A stretch of DNA of 55,829 nt, taken from contig CDRNVI010000101.1 of assembly GCA_977017575.1 (NCBI GenBank), forward strand, positions 1 through 55,829, given 5' to 3'. Shown here one piece after another: positions 11,241 through 22,164 of this stretch. The notes beneath the pieces are model-generated. The model was not told where the DNA came from and searched no databases. It saw only the letters and a program-made list of their open reading frames with translations. Within the stretch, counting starts at the first letter, position 1. Every line of letters starts with the position of its first letter. The stretch comes from Paramoeba atlantica. Taxonomy: Eukaryota; Protista; Discosea. Made by a program: the position numbers and the translations under genes.

Positions 11241-11539
11241 CTGTGATCCCCCCTTTACACTTCTCCCATTTTGAGCAATAACGAAGTATAAAGGGGGGGT
11301 CTGAATTTTTTCCCCGCTGTAAAAAAAGGCCGCGCCGCTTCCCGGCGCGGCTCATCCAGTTTTCCTGTCTTTCCTTCTATATCACCTTCCATTTCTAGGA
11401 AGATTTAGAACGTTCTTGTTTTTTTTCAATTTTAAAAAAAAAAATTTAAAAAATTTAAAAAACAGTCGTTCCCCCACACGAAAAAAGAAGCATAGGGGGG
11501 GGGTCTGACCAGTGAAGTATAAAGCGGGGGGGGTCATAG
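11241..11539. mobile_element. MITE with imperfect CT(G/A)TGA(T/C)CCCCCC TIRs
   Basis: TA at 11239-11240 and 11540-11541; central GC hairpin GCCGCGCCGCTTCCCGGCGCGGC. Confidence 0.65.
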
Positions 11540-11596
11540 TAAATTAATATTTAATAATTTAATAAGTAAAAATACATAAGTAAATAATAAGTAAAT

Positions 11597-12325
11597 CTAT
11601 TCATATATCACAATTTTCGTCTCCAAGAAGGATTGTGCAATTTGGAACTTTCCTCCAAGTTTAGGAGGCATTTTATCCAATATTACTCTACCTTCTAGGA
11701 GTTTGTTATCTCCCAACTTGAGTGTAGAAAGATTTTCCGGGAGGTACGACAAGTCCACGCTTCCAACAAAATTATTTCCCTTCAGATACAAGCTTACTAG
11801 AGTAGCGGGAAGAGACCGCAGGTCAATTGTCCCCGTCAAAAAATTGCTGCTGACGTCAAGGTATTTTAGACCAGGAGGCAATTGAGTAAGACACACGTCC
11901 CCTGATAATCTGTTACTTTCCATCCATGCTGAAGTCATACGTCCGGGGAAAACAGTAAGATCTGGATTTCCTGTAAAAAGATTCCCACCGAGAAACAAAC
12001 CAGCAAGATTTGAAAGCGGGGAGAGGTCACAAAGGTCGGTTCGTTCTCCAGACAGCGAGTTTTCTTCAATGTCAAACTCCGTAACGGAGCTCGGAATATG
12101 CACGAGCTTCAAGGACCCACTCAGCTCTTCATGGTCCCATACTATTTCTGTGACCAGCATATCAGCGCTGCATGCTATACCTTTCCATTCACAAGCAGGT
12201 GTCAGTGAACTCCAACTTTGGTGTTGCGGGTGTATTCCACTAATGAGTCGTTCCATCCCCATCTCTTGCGGTAGATTTGAGCCAGAGACCTTGGCCGCAC
12301 GCGACTTGTGTCTCACGGAATCCAT
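11597..12325 (-). CDS. Short LRR protein
   Basis: MDSVRHKSRAAKVSGSNLPQEM...ACEWKGIAC; about six LRRs; intact 242-aa ORF. Confidence 0.9.
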   Translation of the reverse strand: MDSVRHKSRAAKVSGSNLPQEMGMERLISGIHPQHQSWSSLTPACEWKGIACSADMLVTEIVWDHEELSGSLKLVHIPSSVTEFDIEENSLSGERTDLCDLSPLSNLAGLFLGGNLFTGNPDLTVFPGRMTSAWMESNRLSGDVCLTQLPPGLKYLDVSSNFLTGTIDLRSLPATLVSLYLKGNNFVGSVDLSYLPENLSTLKLGDNKLLEGRVILDKMPPKLGGKFQIAQSFLETKIVIYE

Positions 12326-13237
12326 TGTAAAGTTCTACGAAATGGAGAAGAACAATTGTGAGAAAAAAAACTTCTTATTGTAGGTCCGGGGTCTCCTTTA
12401 ACCCTGCTAAACCGGCCCAAATCCCGGGGACTATGTAAACAAATACATAGAAAGGTGATTGAAGGATTTGTAACTTTATAAAAAGTGTAGGATGGAAAAT
12501 TGTTTAGGGGTCCGAAAAACTTCAAAAACTATAGATATAGGACTTTATAGTACTATAATCTTTTTTTTGCTATATATTGACAAACTATATTAAATATAGA
12601 AAAATATTATTTTTCACCGGAAGTTTGCGATTATCGAAGAGTGACAGAACATCTTTAATTAATTTTCTCTTGTTCAGTAAAATGTAAACCTTAGTGGTGT
12701 ATTGCCTCAAATCTAATCTTTTTGTGTCTATAGAGCTTCAAACCTTATTTTTCAGACCAAGTAGCCCAATATGGGAAACAACAAATTCAATGATGAGTCC
12801 CGAGATGCTTTCGTATCATCACATTTCGCACCTGTTGCTGGGCAGGGAAAAAAATTGAGTGCCAAGTTTGCTCCGAAGGGTCGCGAAAAGTTTTCTTATG
12901 TGAGAAGGGTATACGGTCGTCGTATACCGATCCTCTCTCGCCTTTAACAAATTCCCACAAGGTTGCTTTTGATGAGTGGAAAAGCGAAACGAGAAATAAA
13001 AAGAGGCTCTCCGAACAAACTTTGAAAGGTTTTACTACGGGTCCAAACTTACAAAGTATGAAACGACTGATAAGATGGAAATGCAAGCATGGTGTTTCTA
13101 ATGCGAGCCTACAAGATGAAGATTTTAATTGGATGGTGACGAAAGGACTTGTTTCAGTTCCTAGTGAGCCTACCATGAATAATCTCATTTTACAATATGC
13201 TCAAGAATGTCGTACAGAGTTTTGCAGGTCAAACATA

Positions 13238-14788
13238 CAGGGGTGTAAATTTGGATGTGGGGGGGGTCTAAAATTTGTAAAACTTGGCCAATTGTGGAAA
13301 ATAATAGCGCATTCGAGAGCTCTCGAACAGGGCTCATGAACGCAACATGGCCGCGATAGGCACAAGGGGGTATTGCCCCCTCGACAAAGGGCCCCCAAAT
13401 GCGATTTGCAACTTTCTAAAGCACGGGAAAAAATAGAAAAAATAATAATAATTGCAGTTTCCGCCGTTCTTTTCAATCACAATACGGCATCGCTTACGAA
13501 AGCTCTTCATAGTGTTTTCAGAGGCTATAGAAAATGTCGTTTGAAGATCTTGAAACGCTGCTTCGATCGTAATGATCAAATCTGTATGATTTCTAGGGGC
13601 CAAACTATTTTTGAAATTGTCCATTATGGACCATAAATTTTCAACGGGCATCAGATCAGGTGATTTTGCTGGCCAAGGAAGAACAGTAATTCCTGTCTCT
13701 TGAAAGCTTGTCCTGGCCAGATTGTGCACCGTACAGTTATCCATTGCAATAACGCTAGAACGGTGCCGCTTAAGGTAAGAAATTAACCCTCCACGCTTCT
13801 TCATGGCTTCATCAAAAATAGCCCCCATCACTGTACCTCGGTTTCCTTGAGAACGAACAGAAGGAAGAACGTGAAGGTGAAACCCATGCTTAAGGCTCGC
13901 TGCCATCCAAACCATAACACCATTCCCCCCATGCCATGCATCCAATTCACCTTGCTGCTCCTTGGGAGCGTCAGTTTTGCGGCAGAGGTACGTGATGTGC
14001 CCCCCACTCTTCCCACAAGTAAATTTTTTTTCATCCATCCAAATGATATTGGACAGTTCCGCGTCACTCCACGTTAGCATTTCTTCACAGAAACGTACTC
14101 GTTTCTCTTTATGCACTGAGGTAAGTGCAGGGGATTTCCGGACTGTGCGCAAGACGATGCCATGTGATTTCATGTGGGTCGTCAAAGTTTGACGAGAGCA
14201 AGTGAACCCAAGATTTTCCATTAACCGATGGAGCTCACTCCAGCTCGTGATGCCATAGGGTTGATCTCGAACACCCTCGTCTATCGCTTTCAAAGCAGCC
14301 TCACGTAGTTCAGGTGTCACAGCGATGTTCGTTGGGGCGTGTTTCTGGTTCTTGGAGTCTACTTCTCCAGTATCACGATAGCGCTCCACCCAGCGCTTCA
14401 CAGTAGCTTCATGAACTTGAAAATTGCGCGCGGTTAGGGAAAAAGACTGTGTTGCTTCGTAATCGGCAACAAGAAGCATGCGCCAGCTTGCTTTTATGTG
14501 CCCAGGCGAGGAATAAGCCCTTTCGGAGTGCTTATGTTCCGGAGATCGTCCACAATCCCGTCGTTGTGGCATGAATAAGGGCAAAAAACAGAAAAATTGT
14601 GAAAATTGCAGGATTTCGTCTTCCAAAAAACTAAGCTTTTTATGTGCATCCGAAAATCTATTTAACACGGATACGGTATATGCACGTTCATGAGCCCTGT
14701 TCGAGATCTCTCGAATGCGCTATTATTTTCCAAAAATGGCCAAATTTTACGAATTTTAGACCCCCCCACATCCAAATTTACACCCCTG
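13238..14788 (-). mobile_element. Tc1-like transposon with ~105-bp TIRs (1551 bp)
   Basis: TIR begins CAGGGGTGTAAATTTGGATGTGGGGGGG; TA at 13236-13237 and 14789-14790. Confidence 0.95.
13334..14572 (-). CDS. Tc1-like DDE transposase, uninterrupted ORF
   Basis: TVKRWVERYRDTG HTH, IIWMDEKKF, VMVW, AMDNCTVH, WPAKSPDLMPVENLW; ATG at 14572; the ORF runs on into the TIR. Confidence 0.9.
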   Translation of the reverse strand: MPQRRDCGRSPEHKHSERAYSSPGHIKASWRMLLVADYEATQSFSLTARNFQVHEATVKRWVERYRDTGEVDSKNQKHAPTNIAVTPELREAALKAIDEGVRDQPYGITSWSELHRLMENLGFTCSRQTLTTHMKSHGIVLRTVRKSPALTSVHKEKRVRFCEEMLTWSDAELSNIIWMDEKKFTCGKSGGHITYLCRKTDAPKEQQGELDAWHGGNGVMVWMAASLKHGFHLHVLPSVRSQGNRGTVMGAIFDEAMKKRGGLISYLKRHRSSVIAMDNCTVHNLARTSFQETGITVLPWPAKSPDLMPVENLWSIMDNFKNSLAPRNHTDLIITIEAAFQDLQTTFSIASENTMKSFRKRCRIVIEKNGGNCNYYYFFYFFPCFRKLQIAFGGPLSRGQYPLVPIAAMLRS

Positions 14789-16498
14789 TAGGTTGCAAGC
14801 ATTGCAATTGATGGGGAGACGTTTTTTAAGCTTCTTGTTCAGTTTGTATTGTGAGCGCGGAAACGTCGTTTCCGTGGAGTATAAAAGAGCTGCCTCCCGT
14901 CCGAGATGCCGACGCGTACAAAGAGTTAATAGTCACAATCATCTCAGAACTACAGGAGCAACGCGTATGCATCACCCATGTAGTTTCTGATGGTGACTAC
15001 ACAATTCGGAAAGCGCTCCGATTGGCATGCAAGGAAACAGCAACAGTTGAAACTGTGTGTGTTGCACACGCACTCCAACTTTCAATGAATCCAATTTTCT
15101 TCTTGGAGAAAACTTCCGATGTAACAGCTCTGGCGGAGGATTGTTCGGTCTGGCGAACACCCGTTTGAACACGGTGGTGGTCCGTTGTAATCGAAGTACA
15201 GCGGGCACTAAAGTGCGCCGCTTGTGAAAATCATGTAGCCGAAGGAACTTTACAAACTTTGTTGGATGTCATGATTTCCTTCCAAACAGTGGGAAGGTTG
15301 TTTGAACGAGACGATTGCTCTCTCGCAATTTCCCTTGGACTAAATCGTGACAAAGGGAAACGCGACCCGGAACCAAGAGTCAAAACCTAATCCAATTATA
15401 GGGCAACATGATTTTAGCAAGAAACTGATTTTTACTATAGCGAAAATGAGCACGGTTTCATACTCTTCTTTAATTCTTCTTTAGTTCTGAGATACTCCAA
15501 TTCTGAGACATAATTCTTTTAGCTGAGCGCAAATTCCTGGTTTCGTCGAATATTTATCGTTTTTCGTTGCAATGTTAGTTTCATTGTTCGTGCAGTCAAT
15601 TTCGTATTAAATTTCTGTTCAAGTTGATGCTTACACGTGAGTTTTCAATACATACCTGTAGTACTTATAATAATTAAAAGAAAAAACACGTTCAATAGCG
15701 GGGTTTGTTTCCTTTCTTATTTAAATATCATAAGCATTCCGGCAGAGGTAAAATGCTCTACAGTGTATAGTAGTACTTTTACATACGTATTAAACACAAA
15801 GTAGTTGTTCTATAGTTTACTTCCAGTAATGAAAGTTTACAAGTATAGTGCAAGTATAGCATCACGAAATATAGCGTAGAAGGCATAAGATACCTAGAAG
15901 ATATCTCTTTACGGGGAGTTTGGCGTTACAGCCAGGCAGATCTGAGTGAGATTAGTAACCTTATGGGTTAATAGTTTATGAAGAATATCGTACATTAGAA
16001 GTAGAAGATAGAAATTCGAGAAAGATACGAAAGATACCGTTCTCTTGACGTGCACCGCCACCTTGCTCAGCTTGCAGTTACGAGACAAACTGCCGCGAGA
16101 CGAGAATGTTACTTTGCAAGACTGGAAAGCCTCTTGCAGGTCCGCGGCGTGGTTAATGTACTTGAGAAACACATTTTAGCCTTGTGCGCAAGTCTAGCGC
16201 GTTTCTATCGTGCCTCCACATTACAATCATTTCATGCCGCCCTCGTGTGCTGCCAGGTAGAAGACATGCCCATAGAGGCATGCTGGACGCAGTCTATTCG
16301 GTTTCGTAGACGATAGAGGTGCACTGAAGCTTTGTTTGGATCCCGTGCCCCTGGGATCTGTAACGTTCGGTCAGTTGCGAACTTTAGCAAGTCACTGCTC
16401 TGAGCGAGGTGAAATAGACTATGCCAGAGGTTTTATCGTCGCCTTATACGGGCTGTTGCGACATAGCGAAATCACTTCATTAAGACGAAGCGATATAG

Positions 16499-17108
16499 AA
16501 TGACCGTTCATCGAAGGTGCGGCACCTTCGATGAATCATTCATCTAACGGTTCAAAACTGCTTTTCCGAGAAAAATCCAAAAAAAATCACCCCCAAAAAA
16601 AAGTTCCCCCCCAAAAAATTCAGTTCGCTATATGAGTAAGCGTATTCTTTTTTATGCGTATTCTTTTCTAGTTTGCGTGTCTGGAGGCAAGGACCAACTG
16701 TTAGCGAAGCCAACTTCTGCGAACAAGGCCCCAGTTTGCGAGCAAGGCCCAACTGTGTGCGAAGCCAATTTATGGAGGCGAAAGCCCCCGTTTAAGAGCA
16801 AGGCCCAACTGTGAGCGTAGCTCTGGGACAGAATTATATTTTTTGACAATCCGCGCGCTCCAGCGCGCGGGTCGCGCGCTAAGAACCTGGATGTCTGTCA
16901 CTTCCGCAGGATTCTGTATTAATTTTGCTCTGCTGCGATACCGAGTTTACGAGTCTGGAGCTATGACCCAACTCTGAGATTTTGTTTACATGACAGGATT
17001 AAATGACGACATTTTTTTTTATTTTTTTCTCGAAAAGCACTTTCAAACCCTTCGATGAAAGATTCATCGAAGGTGTCGCACCTTCAATGACCGTTCATCG
17101 AAGGACCA
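16499..17108. mobile_element. Relative of MITE family A
   Basis: Ends built from CCTTCGATGAA/TTCATCGAAGG palindromes; carries the GCTCACAGTTGGGCCTTGC repeat and TGGAGCGCxCGGGTCGC motif of 496-1794 in reverse orientation. Confidence 0.65.
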
Positions 17109-17349
17109 TACTCTACTTCGGAGCATACTCCTGTGTTTCGAGGACATCGGAGTTTATCGAAGTGGTTTTGAAAGTTCGAAAAGTTCTGAAAGTTCACTTA
17201 TCTCCACAATAGACTAAAGTGTAATATTTATACTGCGTGTAAAACGACAATACGCGTAATTCTTCACTCGCTGTCAGTATTTCAAGAACGAAACCTTATC
17301 ATTTCGAGCTTGTACATTTGTATTACCTCTTACTTCGCTCGCTTCACTC

Positions 17350-18024
17350 ATGCAAATGGATTCTCTTCTAGTCTCTGACAAGTCAGACTGTCTGGTCGAA
17401 CCAGACTGCTTTCTCCCTCCCTGCGATATCAGGTGGGGCCGTGGAGCGTACGCTACGGATAATGATGTTTTATGTCCGCTTGTGAACGTGGCCGGAATGA
17501 AACTTTGTCCTTCACTTTTTGAATATGCTCCTTCCGCGAAAGGAGCGTTAGAACTTCTAAGCAGGGACCCATTTAAGTCTAATTACGAGGAAAGAAAATT
17601 GGAAGAGACACCAAACTCAGAGTGCTTCAGGTCTCACATACAAACGCTAGAGAATGCAAAGGTTCTAGTGCCCGCCTCGTGGGAAGTGCCTCACGCTATA
17701 GGAAATTATATGGCCGCACTCAAGGACCAAACTTACGCTAGAGCCATATTCGACTTGCGATGGACGAACGAGCGGATCACCGTAGTCGATTTAGCGTTTC
17801 ATACCTTAGGCACCAGCGAACTGGTGAGAGCCCTCATTCAATTAGGTAATACTGCCTAATCCAAAATTTGATTTCTTCACGGGAACATAAAGAATATGTA
17901 TCAAATACCCATCTCTGCGGCACTTAGCTAGGCATGCTGTATTAGGCAAGGTAAAAGATTATTACGCCCTACAGTACTTTCTATGGGCTACAAACATGAC
18001 TGTAGCACTGCACAGTCCATGGGG
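17350..18024 (+). pseudogene. DIRS/VIPER/TATE-type reverse transcriptase fragment
   Basis: KDQTYARAIFDLRWTN, then in the same frame past stops HGNIKNMYQIPI and PTVLSMG; truncated before YxDD. Confidence 0.55.
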
Positions 18025-18130
18025 GGGCATACGTCACGATTTGTTTTTCGAATTTTTCGCTTCTCAAAATCGAGCGCACGGAAGTAGTAGGGTATGCCGC
18101 GGCGATGATTTTCGCGATGAATCAAGGCGG
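18015..18130 (+). repeat. Dispersed repeat homologous to 2655-2750
   Basis: GGGGGCATACGTCA...AAATCGAGCGC..GGAAGT.GTAG....GCCGCGGCGATGA is shared between the two sites. Confidence 0.7.
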
Positions 18131-18643
18131 GTGATAAAATCGCGAAAAAAGGGGGGGTATGGTCGATGAAAGGAATACTCATGATTTTCACTTTCGCCAG
18201 GGGGTGTGATTAGACAAGTCGTTAGGTCCAGTAACTCTACATCTGAGATTGTTGGGTTCGATTCCCACGGAGGTACTTTTCGTCCGGCTACACAGGGATT
18301 AGCTAAGAAGCTTGGGTCCACGATATCTGAACGGATTGGTCCATTTTTCAATCCCACCCAATAGCATGTGCGTTGGACGCGACTTGTAGTTTTTTTACAC
18401 GAACTACATGCAGCACGAACGTCGTTAGTGGGAAGCAAGTTGCGAAGTCGAAGGAGTGGTAGGGTGAGGAGCGCAACGATGATGCGGATACCACTAAAAG
18501 AAAGCGACAACGCACTTTCGAATCTAGTGGGTATAAGATGCACGATATTGATGATTGGTTGTTATCGTTTCATTGATGTTGAAATTTATTGCGGTCAATG
18601 CATAACCGGTTTTCCTTATTTACGGAATTTCTTAATTTTGGTT

Positions 18644-18880
18644 CCTCTCTAATTACGGCTCCCCCTAATTACGGTTTCTCTTTAATTACGGTTCCTCTTT
18701 AATTACGGTTCCTCTCTAATTACGGTTCCTCTCTAATTACGGTTCCTCTCTAATTACGGTTCCTCTCTAATTACGGTTCCTCTCTAATTACGGTTCCTCT
18801 CTAATTACGGTTCCTCTCTAATTACGGTTCCTCTCTAATTACGGTTCCTCTCTAATTACGGTTTCTCTCTAATTACGGTT
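18644..18880 (+). repeat. 17-bp tandem array (CTCTCTAATTACGGTTC) x14
   Basis: 14 AATTACGG cores at ~17-bp spacing. Confidence 0.95.
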
Positions 18881-18957
18881 AACCGATTTAAGGTTAAAAT
18901 TCTCGGCACTGGTGGAATAACCGTAAAACAGCGTTCCAAGGACCTGAAATCGCCGAT

Positions 18958-19147
18958 CCACGAGAGTGCGCTTTGTCTGGCGCCTCGTTTTCGTGAGAAT
19001 CAACAGTCATTAAATGGATGAAGGGAACTACGCCGCGTACACTATACGCAGTCCAATGCCCTGCATGGAAGGGCCACGAGTGTGCGCTTTGTCCGGCGCC
19101 TCATTTTCGTGAGAACCAGCAGTCATGGAATGGATGAGGGGAACTAA
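18958..19147 (+). repeat. Two diverged ~72-bp direct repeats
   Basis: CCACGAG.GTGCGCTTTGTC.GGCGCCTC.TTTTCGTGAGAA...GGGAACTA at 18958 and 19075. Confidence 0.8.
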
Positions 19148-19460
19148 AAATAAAGTCTCAATGATTTCCAGAAATGAAAATGTTAGAAATTTACACCATA
19201 TTTACTCTACCTTTTTGGTCAAAAAAATTGGTCAATTTTTTTCGGACATTTTTTTTTCAAAACAGCACTATAAGTGGGGGGGGTACCCCGCGGCACTATA
19301 AGTGGGGGGGGGCACAGTAACCGTAATTAAGTAACGCCGGGTACATTTTTCCACATTGATGAATATGATGAAAAAAGAGCACCGAAACATAGAACCGAAA
19401 AAGAAGTTTCTAAAGCCATTAGACTGCTTAATGCCTGAAATACAAAATTTTTGAAATATA

Positions 19461-20378
19461 CAGTGTTTTCAGTTCATCTTGCCCCCCCTCGGAATTTTGA
19501 GTTTTTTTGATCCGTTTTTGCTCATCTTTGCAGCATTGGAGAGATCTCGTTCCCCTAGCGAAGAGCTATGCCGCCTTTTTTTAATACAGACCCCCTGGTG
19601 CCGCCTGGGTCCAAAAAACACTGTTTTTTTAGGACGTTTTCTGTGTGCACAACCATTTTTTGCCACATTTGCCCCATTTTCTGTATATTTTACACATGTA
19701 CGTACGAGTGATAGTGTTCTAAATTGATATTTTGAAAGCTCTATGTCTAGTACCCTCTCTATTCCCTAGTTTTAGTAAACACCTCTACATTATTAAGATC
19801 AGACCCTCTAACCCCAAACAGGGGGAGTACATAGAACGATGTAATGTCAAAAGAGAAGACAACCCCACAATATGTGCAACACAATCTATTCCGTCCCTAT
19901 TAGACTTCGAAACGTGTTGCAAAACAATGGAAGCCATTCCAGATACTACACCCCCCCTGCTTGCGAGTTCCCCCAATTCTGGTACGCTTATCAGTTCCTT
20001 TTTCTAAGGCGAATGTTTTTGTACCGCAAAAAGAATTTGTACCCACTTTTCGCGAAGCGATTTTTTTTGGACTGAACAAAAATTCATAATTTTCCCAACT
20101 ATTGTACGTCAGGCTGCTGTACAGACTAGTTCTTTACCCTCATAGCTAACTTTTGGACACAAATTCCGTTTTTTGTTTCATTTTTCATAGGCAAAAAAAT
20201 GTCATTTTTAATTTTGGTAAACTTTCGGGTCATCCATGGGGCACCTGGGGTCTATGAAAAAAAAGCGGCAATGCTCTTCGATAGGGGAACAAGATCTCTC
20301 CAATGTGGCAAAGATGAGCAAAAACGGATATAGAAAATCAAAATTCCGAGGGGGGGGCAAGATCAACTGAAACCACTG
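19461..20378 (+). mobile_element. Internally deleted Tc1-like element with long TIRs
   Basis: Termini CAGTG(T/G)TTTCAG; TA at 19459-19460 and 20379-20380; >100-bp inverted ends; retains SVPIRLRNVLQNNGSH transposase tail. Confidence 0.8.
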
Positions 20379-20480
20379 TACATCTGATACGCGAACTAGA
20401 ATGAGAAGTACGCGTATTTCAGTATACTGATATTATACGTAGGGACTACAGGTAAGGGGCCGCGGGAATAGAAAAACTAT

Positions 20481-21140
20481 TCATAAATCACAATTTTCGT
20501 CTCCAAGAAGGATTGCAATTTGGAACTTTCCTCCAAGTTTAGGAGGCATTTTATCCAATATTACTCTACCTTCTAGGAGTTTGTTATCTCCCAACTTGAG
20601 TGTAGAAAGATTTTCCGGGAGGTACGACAAGTCCACGCTTCCAACAAAATTATTTCCCTTCAGATACAAGCTTACTAGAGTAGCGGGAAGAGACCGCAGG
20701 TCAATTGTCCCCGTCAAAAAATTGCTGCTGACGTCAAGGTATTTTAGACCAGGAGGCAATTGAGTAAGACACACGTCCCCTGATAATCTGTTACTTTCCA
20801 TCCATGCTGAAGTCATACGTCCGGGGAAAACAGTAAGATCTGGATTTCCTGTAAAAAGATTCCCACCGAGAAACAAACCAGCAAGATTTGAAAGCGGGGA
20901 GAGGTCACAAAGGTCGGTTCGTTCTCCAGACAGCGAGTTTTCTTCAATGTCAAACTCCGTAACGGAGCTCCATAACGCAGCGTTGCATGCTATACCTTTC
21001 CATTCACAAGCAGGTGTCAGTGAACTCCAACTTTGGTGTTGCGGGTGTATTCCACTAATGAGTCATTCCAGCCCCATCTCTTGCGGTAGATTTGAGCCAG
21101 AGACCTTGGCCGCACGCGACTTGTGTCTCACGGAATCCAT
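20481..21140 (-). pseudogene. LRR pseudogene, near-identical duplicate of 11597-12325
   Basis: Mostly identical to 11597-12325, with a ~70-bp deletion near 20970 and a 2-bp deletion near 20515. Confidence 0.85.
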
Positions 21141-21406
21141 TGTAAAGTTCTACGAAATGGAGAAGAACGATTGTCCGAAAAAACATATTGAAAGCTGTTA
21201 TTTAAAAAGACTGTTTTACAAAATATTTTTTGTCGCGTGATAGGCTGATGTCAAAGAAAGTGCTCTATAATGGGAGCGAAGGACATTTTTGTTCGTTTGC
21301 AGAGTTAATGAGCAAACACATAAACAGATGTGGGACTGTAGATGTACATATCTGTATTCCAAAGGGGAACATAGATTAACTAAACAAAACGCTGTATAAC
21401 CCATCA

Positions 21407-21739
21407 TTAGTCCTGCTCTTTCGGTTTTTTCTTCCACACCTTTTCCCATTTTTGTATCGCCTCCTCATCTTTAAAAGGGGCACGATACGCCGCCCACTGC
21501 CGATATCGCACCCACACATTGCCCCACGATAGAGCACATGCATCCACAATATTTTTGCCTTCCATTCTGGCCTCCTGTAAGCATTTTCGGTGATCCTCCT
21601 GGGCTTGTGTAAGCAGTGCAACTAAGGCATCGGAGGGTTTCATGTTATTTTGCTCCTCTTTCGAGACACCTCGCAAACCACCATCTACCGGATCGGGATA
21701 AAGCCGCGGATTCGTCTCGTCGATTTGACTGATTGGCAT
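21407..21739 (-). CDS. Small hypothetical protein (110 aa)
   Basis: Clean ATG-to-stop ORF on the cluster strand with protein-like composition; no family recognised with certainty. Confidence 0.7.
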   Translation of the reverse strand: MPISQIDETNPRLYPDPVDGGLRGVSKEEQNNMKPSDALVALLTQAQEDHRKCLQEARMEGKNIVDACALSWGNVWVRYRQWAAYRAPFKDEEAIQKWEKVWKKKPKEQD

Positions 21740-22164
21740 TACAACGAAGGACGAATTGTCTGAATGAAGAAAAGATGATTTAACACAAACTATTTAACAA
21801 GAAAAGTGCGATTACTTTTTATGTAGAACACCGAAGCGTTATTCTTTTGTCGCTTTTAGTCCTAGTAGGAAAAGTAATACAAACATCCCGAACAACACCT
21901 ATTTACAACGGAAAGAGTCTTTAAGACTAACAAAAAGAATATTATTAAAAGTAAGCAAAGCAAGAAATACAATGAAACGATGTTCAAAATAATCCAGGAT
22001 AGTAAGGCATGCTTTCTAGTGCAAAAATCGATTTACAACAAAACAGAATGTACGAAAAGGTTTCCTAAAGAATTACAGCATCTGCATTACATCCAAAGCA
22101 AAATGAGCTCGCAATAAATGGGCTTGCGATAAAATAAGCCAACTGCCCTTCATCCCCATCTGGG

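Larger units (their letters stand above)
12850..15350 (+). pseudogene. hAT transposase remnant split by a Tc1 insertion
   Basis: KIECQVC (BED-like CxxC), SIAIDG, VVSDG...KA...CVAHALQL and TRWWS occur in the hAT motif order, with stops and frameshifts. Confidence 0.65.

Noticed and set aside
16050-16316. Possible hAT C-terminal dimerisation domain
   Set aside because: The match to the LAxxAxxxLxxPxSSAxxERxFS pattern is too weak to support.
18644-18880. CRISPR-like array
   Set aside because: The units are contiguous with no unique spacers; there are no cas genes and the context is eukaryotic.
19265-19305. GCACTATAAGTG shared between a MITE end and the 3' end of the SL-headed insert
   Set aside because: A single 12-mer with no flanking similarity is compatible with chance.
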